A DNA stretch of 28,902 nt from an uncultured Pirellulaceae bacterium. GTDB lineage: Bacteria; Planctomycetota; Planctomycetia; Pirellulales; Pirellulaceae. The stretch's first letter is position 1. Each line of letters begins with the position of its first letter. The stretch lies in contig CAYWIS010000032.1 in assembly GCA_964458385.1 (NCBI GenBank), positions 1 through 28,902 of the forward strand. The letters are read 5' to 3'. Positions 24,854-28,902 of this stretch are shown piece by piece. The notes under the pieces were generated by a model. The model saw only the letters and a list, made by a program, of their open reading frames with translations. It was not told the origin of the DNA and searched no databases. Both the position numbers and the translations under genes were made by a program.

Positions 24854-25459
24854 ATGATTGCGATTATTGATTACCAGATGGGCAACCTGCGAAGCGTGCA
24901 AAAGGCGTTTGAGCGGGTGGGGCATCCGGCGGTGGTGACCAGCGATCCGGCCGATCTGGAGAGGGCTGACCGTATCGTGCTGCCGGGGGTGGGCGCCTTT
25001 GAGGACGCGATTGCCGAACTGCGACGGCGAGAATTGGTGGAGCCTTTGCGACAAGCCATTGAGGCGGGCAAGCCGTTTCTGGGAGTATGCCTGGGGCTGC
25101 AACTGCTGTTCGAGGTTAGTTACGAGGGGGGCCGCCACGAAGGGTTGGGCGTGTTGCCGGGCGAGGTTGTGCGGTTTGATTTGCCCGCGGAATACAAGGT
25201 GCCGCACATGGGCTGGAACCAGGCGCGTATTGTGCGCCGGGCGCCTGCCTTGGAAGGGATTCCCGATGGGGCGTACTTCTATTTTGTCCATTCTTACTAT
25301 GTTGTCCCCCGCGAGCCGGAAGTGACCGCCATTGAAGTGGAATATGGCCGCCCCTTCTGCGCTGCGGTCTGGCGCGACAACCTCTTTGCCACCCAGTTTC
25401 ACCCCGAAAAGAGCCAGGCGGACGGTCTGCGGCTGTTAAAGAATTTCGCTGAAACTTAA
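24854..25459 (+). CDS. hisH: Imidazole glycerol phosphate synthase, glutamine amidotransferase subunit HisH
   Basis: The in-frame ATG at 24854 gives [24 protein letters not shown], the canonical HisH N-terminus. The nucleophile elbow is GVCLGLQLL. Also present: PHMGWN, FYFVHSY, and the C-terminal ATQFHPEKS. 201 aa. Confidence 0.95.
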   Translation: MIAIIDYQMGNLRSVQKAFERVGHPAVVTSDPADLERADRIVLPGVGAFEDAIAELRRRELVEPLRQAIEAGKPFLGVCLGLQLLFEVSYEGGRHEGLGVLPGEVVRFDLPAEYKVPHMGWNQARIVRRAPALEGIPDGAYFYFVHSYYVVPREPEVTAIEVEYGRPFCAAVWRDNLFATQFHPEKSQADGLRLLKNFAET

Positions 25460-25708
25460 GGCGAATTCCTCTTTGTGCTCATCACTAGATCGGGTACTAT
25501 CCCCCCGCTCCTCGCCGCGCCCGAGGCACGTTCTAGGCCAAGGACGCGAGCGCGGCCGGGCGGTTCAGGTTGCATTACCGGCGGAAAGTTCACAATCCGC
25601 CAAAGCCGCTTGTCCGGTTTAACCGATACCGACGAACAAGCCTGAGGGTGGCTGCTGGTCGATACTGCGCCGCTAGGTAGTGAACTCCCTTCGCTTAACA
25701 CACGACGG

Positions 25709-26803
25709 GTGAGAATGGATCAACCTTGTCATTCGCGTCCTTCCAGGCCCTGGAGCCAAGCGATCGCCTTGAGCGTTCTGGTTTTGGCGTGGGCCTCGTG
25801 CTTGGGGTGCCAGTCCGCGATGTACCGCGCTTCGCGGCTGCCGCCCGAGCTGGAAGCGCCGCCGTTGGATAGCGCTCGGGCGATCAATCTTTCGCAATTG
25901 GCGCGGCCGCGCGCGAACACCGAGCAGATCTTTGTTGGCGACACGCTGGAAGTGGCGATTGCCACCGGGTTGGAGCGGCAAGGCCCCAACAAGTGGCTCC
26001 TGCGGGTGGCCGACGACGGCACAATCAACGTGCCGCTGGTCGGTCCCGTGCGAGTGGAAGGGCTGGTGTTGCCGCATGCCGAGCATGTGGTGCGCGAAGC
26101 AAGCGTGGCCCGCGGCATTTACCGCAACCCGCAGGTGGCGATCCACCTGGTTGACCGCCGCTCGATCCGGGTGTCGGTGGTGGGCGAGGTGGTCAAGCCG
26201 GGCGATTACGACCTGCCCATTACGCAAGCCGACTTGCTGGCCGCAATTTCGATGGCGGGCGGTCTGAAGAGCGGCACCGCCGGGGAAGTCATCGAGATTA
26301 CCCATCCGGCCAATCCTCACGCGGTGCACCAGGCGAGTTATCCCGGCGGTCCTCCGTCGCCGGTGGGAAGCCGCAACGTAACGGTCAACTTGCGCGATGT
26401 GACCGAGGGCCGCGGCGGCGATTTCCACTTGGAGAATGGCTCGGTGGTGATGGTCGGCAAGAAGCCCCCGCGCACCTTCAGCGTGATTGGGTTGGTGAAG
26501 AAGCCGGGGCAGTATGAGGGATTGAACGACCAAGACATTCGACTTCTGGATGCGATCGCCATGGCTGGTGGACGGACCATGGAGATTGCTGACAAGGTGC
26601 ATATCTATCGCACGATCGACGGCAGTGATCAGCCTGTTGTCATCGAGGCTTCAATCCGGGAAGCCAAAGGCGGCGGGCCGGCGAACATCCGCCTGGCGCC
26701 GGGCGACGTGGTGAGCGTGGAAGAGACGCCGTTGACGTTCACCGTCGGCTCGCTGATGAACTTTGTCCGCTTTGGCTTCTCGGCTGGCGTGCCGATTTTC
26801 TAG
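25709..26803 (+). CDS. Polysaccharide export protein, Wza/Poly_export + SLBB family (outer-membrane auxiliary type)
   Basis: 364 aa. The start is GTG 25709, with an alternative ATG at 25715. The N-terminus is signal- or lipoprotein-like: AIALSVLVLAWASCLGCQ. The Poly_export motif region is IFVGDTLEVAI...DGTINVPLVGPVRVEGL. SLBB-like repeats follow (VSVVGEVVKPGDYDL...DLLAAISMAGGL and FSVIGLVKKPGQYEG...RLLDAIAMAGG). Confidence 0.85.
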   Translation: MRMDQPCHSRPSRPWSQAIALSVLVLAWASCLGCQSAMYRASRLPPELEAPPLDSARAINLSQLARPRANTEQIFVGDTLEVAIATGLERQGPNKWLLRVADDGTINVPLVGPVRVEGLVLPHAEHVVREASVARGIYRNPQVAIHLVDRRSIRVSVVGEVVKPGDYDLPITQADLLAAISMAGGLKSGTAGEVIEITHPANPHAVHQASYPGGPPSPVGSRNVTVNLRDVTEGRGGDFHLENGSVVMVGKKPPRTFSVIGLVKKPGQYEGLNDQDIRLLDAIAMAGGRTMEIADKVHIYRTIDGSDQPVVIEASIREAKGGGPANIRLAPGDVVSVEETPLTFTVGSLMNFVRFGFSAGVPIF

Positions 26804-26829
26804 CCCTTTCGCACTTGGCAACAACGCGT

Positions 26830-28902
26830 ATGAGTCAGGAACTTGGGGATTCGCCGGCCGATCTGGGAGCGCCGACAGCCGCCGACAGCGTACAGGCCGC
26901 CATGCGCTTTCTGCGCGTGATCCTGCGGCGCAAGAAGATCGTCCTGGCGAGTCTGGCCGGCGCCTGCTTGCTCGGCGGCCTGTACTACATTACCGCCACC
27001 CGCTTGTACCAGGCCAAGGCGTCGCTGCTGGTGCAACAAACCGGCATCGATCCGGGCAGCATGGGCCTGGCCGCACAGGCCAGCAGCCAGGCGTTGATTC
27101 CGACGTACGAACGGCTGTTCACCAGCCGCAAGGTGTTGGACGGCGCCATGCAGCGGCTGCGAGAAAGTTATCCCGACTTGCAGATCGAACACCTGGAGCA
27201 GGGGCTTTCGGCGTCGGGCGTGCGACGCACCAACGTGATCGAGCTTTCGTTCCGGTGGAGCTCGCCCGAAGTGGCCGAAGCCGTGGTGCGGGAAGTCGTC
27301 GACGCGTACTTGGAATTCATCAAGAAGGATCAGCGGGACGTTTCGGAGGAACTGCTTGCCGTTCTGCAACAGGAACTGCACGATCTTGAAGCGCGGATCG
27401 AGAAGAAGAACGCACAGTACCTGGACGTGACTCAGCGTTTGGGCGCCATTGGCATGGTGGGGCAGGAGGCCAAGATGAATCATCCCACCATCCAGCGCGT
27501 GCTGACACTGGGCGACACCATCAGCACCGTCCAGCAAGAACGGATTAAGCTCCAAACCTTGTACGCCGCCGTGACCACGGCCGCCCGCAACGGCGGCGAC
27601 CTGCGGCAGTACCTCAGCGCCATTGAACCCGGCGTGGGGGGCGATTTGCTGATGGGGCAATTGGGCCTGAAATCTCTGGACGCCGAAGCCGCCCAGATCG
27701 AACGCAAGATCATCGATGACCGCGCGCGGCTGGAAATGCTCTTGGGGCACCTGGGGCCCAATCACCCCGAGGTTCTCCAACTTCGTCAGCAGATCGACAA
27801 CGCAATGACCTACATTGCGACGTACAATGAACGCGTGCAGCAGCGGATGAGCACCTTGAGTAATGAACGCTTGGCGCCCGTGCTGATTTCGCTTTTGCAG
27901 GAAAAGCTTCGCAGCGTGCAGGAGCACGAACGGCAACTGAACGAGGAATTCGCCATTGCCGAGCGCGAGGCTATTCAACTCAATGGCGAACTGGCCGAGT
28001 TGACGGTCGTTAACCACGAAACCGAACGCCTTCGTAAAGAGCACGACATGCTGATGTCGCGGATCGCCGGGATCGATCTCTCGGGTCGGTCGGGCGATGT
28101 GCGCGTTTCGGTGGTCAGCCCGGCGATCGCCAAAGACAGCCCCGTGTCGCCCAAGCTGCTGCTGGTGGCGCTGTTTTCGTTGGCGGGCGGCTTGGCTGTT
28201 GGCGTAAGCGCCGTTTACGTGTTGGACGTAATGGACGACCGGTTCCGCTCGCCCGAAGAAATGCAGGAGCAACTGGGCGCCCCGATTTTGGCGATGGTCC
28301 GCCAGTTGGCCGCTCCGGCCGAGGTGGGTATCGAGGCGTTGCAAGTGCACGTCTCGCCCGAGTCGGTCGCCAGCGAAGCGTTCCGCACCTTGCGGACGAC
28401 GCTCAGCTTGGGCGGCTCCGATCGCAATCGTTTGGCGATTACCAGTTCCGAGCCGGGCGACGGCAAAACGACCGTACTGGCCAACTTGGGCGTTTCGTAC
28501 GCTCAAGCCGGCAAGAAGACATTGCTGGTCGATATCGACTTGCGGCGCCCCGGTTTGACCAAGTTGTTTGGCATGCGAGGGCAACCCGGCTTGTCGGAGA
28601 TTCTGCGTTCCGACCGCGACATCGCCAGCTTGTGCGCCGAACGCATTTTGGCCACAGGGGTCGATGGCTTGGACATTCTCCCCTGCGGCCCCAAACCGTC
28701 GAATCCGACCGAGCTGCTGAGCGGTCCCCGCTTGGAGGAACTGCTGGGCTGGGCCGAAACCATCTACGACCAAATTCTCGTCGACTGCCCGCCGGTGCTG
28801 GTGGCCAGCGACGCCTGCATCATCGGGCGTCTGGTGGAAGGCATGGTCCTGGTGGTGCAGCCCGCCAAGAACCACCGCAAGCTGGTGCTTCGCGCGGCCG
28901 AG
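26830..28902 (+). CDS. Polysaccharide co-polymerase / tyrosine autokinase (Wzc, GumC, EpsG type). The 3' end lies beyond the right window edge.
   Basis: Absent from the ORF track because it runs off the edge. My translation from ATG 26830 stays open for 691 codons to 28902: MSQELGDSPADL...RFLRVILRRKKIVLASLAGACLLGGLYYI (TM1, Wzz-like). A long coiled-coil periplasmic region and a second TM (LLLVALFSLAGGLAVGVSAVYVL) follow. The BY-kinase motifs come next: Walker A SSEPGDGKTTV, Walker A' LLVDIDLRRP, Walker B ILVDCPPV. The 691-aa minus-strand ORF listed at 26800..28875 is its antisense shadow. Confidence 0.85.
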   Translation, partial: MSQELGDSPADLGAPTAADSVQAAMRFLRVILRRKKIVLASLAGACLLGGLYYITATRLYQAKASLLVQQTGIDPGSMGLAAQASSQALIPTYERLFTSRKVLDGAMQRLRESYPDLQIEHLEQGLSASGVRRTNVIELSFRWSSPEVAEAVVREVVDAYLEFIKKDQRDVSEELLAVLQQELHDLEARIEKKNAQYLDVTQRLGAIGMVGQEAKMNHPTIQRVLTLGDTISTVQQERIKLQTLYAAVTTAARNGGDLRQYLSAIEPGVGGDLLMGQLGLKSLDAEAAQIERKIIDDRARLEMLLGHLGPNHPEVLQLRQQIDNAMTYIATYNERVQQRMSTLSNERLAPVLISLLQEKLRSVQEHERQLNEEFAIAEREAIQLNGELAELTVVNHETERLRKEHDMLMSRIAGIDLSGRSGDVRVSVVSPAIAKDSPVSPKLLLVALFSLAGGLAVGVSAVYVLDVMDDRFRSPEEMQEQLGAPILAMVRQLAAPAEVGIEALQVHVSPESVASEAFRTLRTTLSLGGSDRNRLAITSSEPGDGKTTVLANLGVSYAQAGKKTLLVDIDLRRPGLTKLFGMRGQPGLSEILRSDRDIASLCAERILATGVDGLDILPCGPKPSNPTELLSGPRLEELLGWAETIYDQILVDCPPVLVASDACIIGRLVEGMVLVVQPAKNHRKLVLRAAE

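Noticed and set aside
24782-25402. 206-aa minus-strand ORF
   Set aside because: It is antisense to hisH, which has canonical motifs throughout. The minus-frame product has no recognisable features.
25673-26602. 309-aa minus-strand ORF overlapping the Wza-like gene
   Set aside because: It is an Arg/His/Gly-rich, motif-free antisense shadow of the Poly_export/SLBB gene.
26800-28875. 691-aa minus-strand ORF, the longest uninterrupted listed ORF at the right end
   Set aside because: The composition is dominated by Q/H/G/R/A with no motifs. It is exactly antisense to a plus-strand frame encoding a convincing Wzc-type protein (Walker A/A'/B, two TM segments, coiled coil). It is a typical high-GC antisense shadow ORF.
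1-28902. Scan for CRISPR arrays, IS elements with terminal inverted repeats, integrases, prophage genes, and tRNA, rRNA or tmRNA
   Set aside because: I found no regularly spaced direct repeats, no transposase, integrase or phage-like ORFs, and no T-loop (GGTTCGAAT-type) or cloverleaf candidates by eye. A covariance-model scan (tRNAscan-SE, Infernal) would be needed to exclude small RNAs rigorously.

Overview
This is a high-GC chromosomal segment. Its gene content points to a Planctomycetota (Pirellulales-like) genome; that is an inference from the DUF1501 protein, the BatA/VWA-type and DUF4175-like membrane proteins, the CehA/McbA-like PHP hydrolase and the exported methyltransferase. I support 20 protein-coding genes, and most are housekeeping.

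Minus strand: an edge-truncated GT-C-like membrane protein, nrdR, and the string ffs(SRP RNA)-dnaX-ybaB-recR-rpoN. Further along come an exported SAM methyltransferase, a macro-like/TIR fusion protein, a NUDIX (MutT-like) hydrolase, a VWA/amidotransferase-like membrane protein, and a 1271-aa DUF4175-like coiled-coil protein.

Plus strand: trmL, an Ldh2-family oxidoreductase, a secreted PHP metallohydrolase, an M20 peptidase, a zinc-ribbon/PH membrane protein, a Tat-signal DUF1501 protein, hisH, and a Wza-like exporter followed by an edge-truncated Wzc-like tyrosine autokinase.

The two edge-truncated genes (1..1562 minus, 26830..28902 plus) are missing from the supplied ORF track. I found them by translating the sequence myself. 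I recognised no CRISPR array, transposase, integrase, tRNA or rRNA.

The items most worth a second look:
1. An orphan macro-like + TIR fusion gene in a local low-GC pocket (14.7-16.15 kb). This is the best candidate for an undescribed NAD/ADP-ribose signalling or defence module.
2. An in-frame TAG at codon 29 of rpoN, together with an apparently missing region I core.
3. An A10 slippery run in the dnaX linker whose -1 frame stops four codons later. This looks like a gamma/tau recoding site.

Many long listed ORFs are antisense or off-frame shadows typical of high-GC DNA, and I rejected them.
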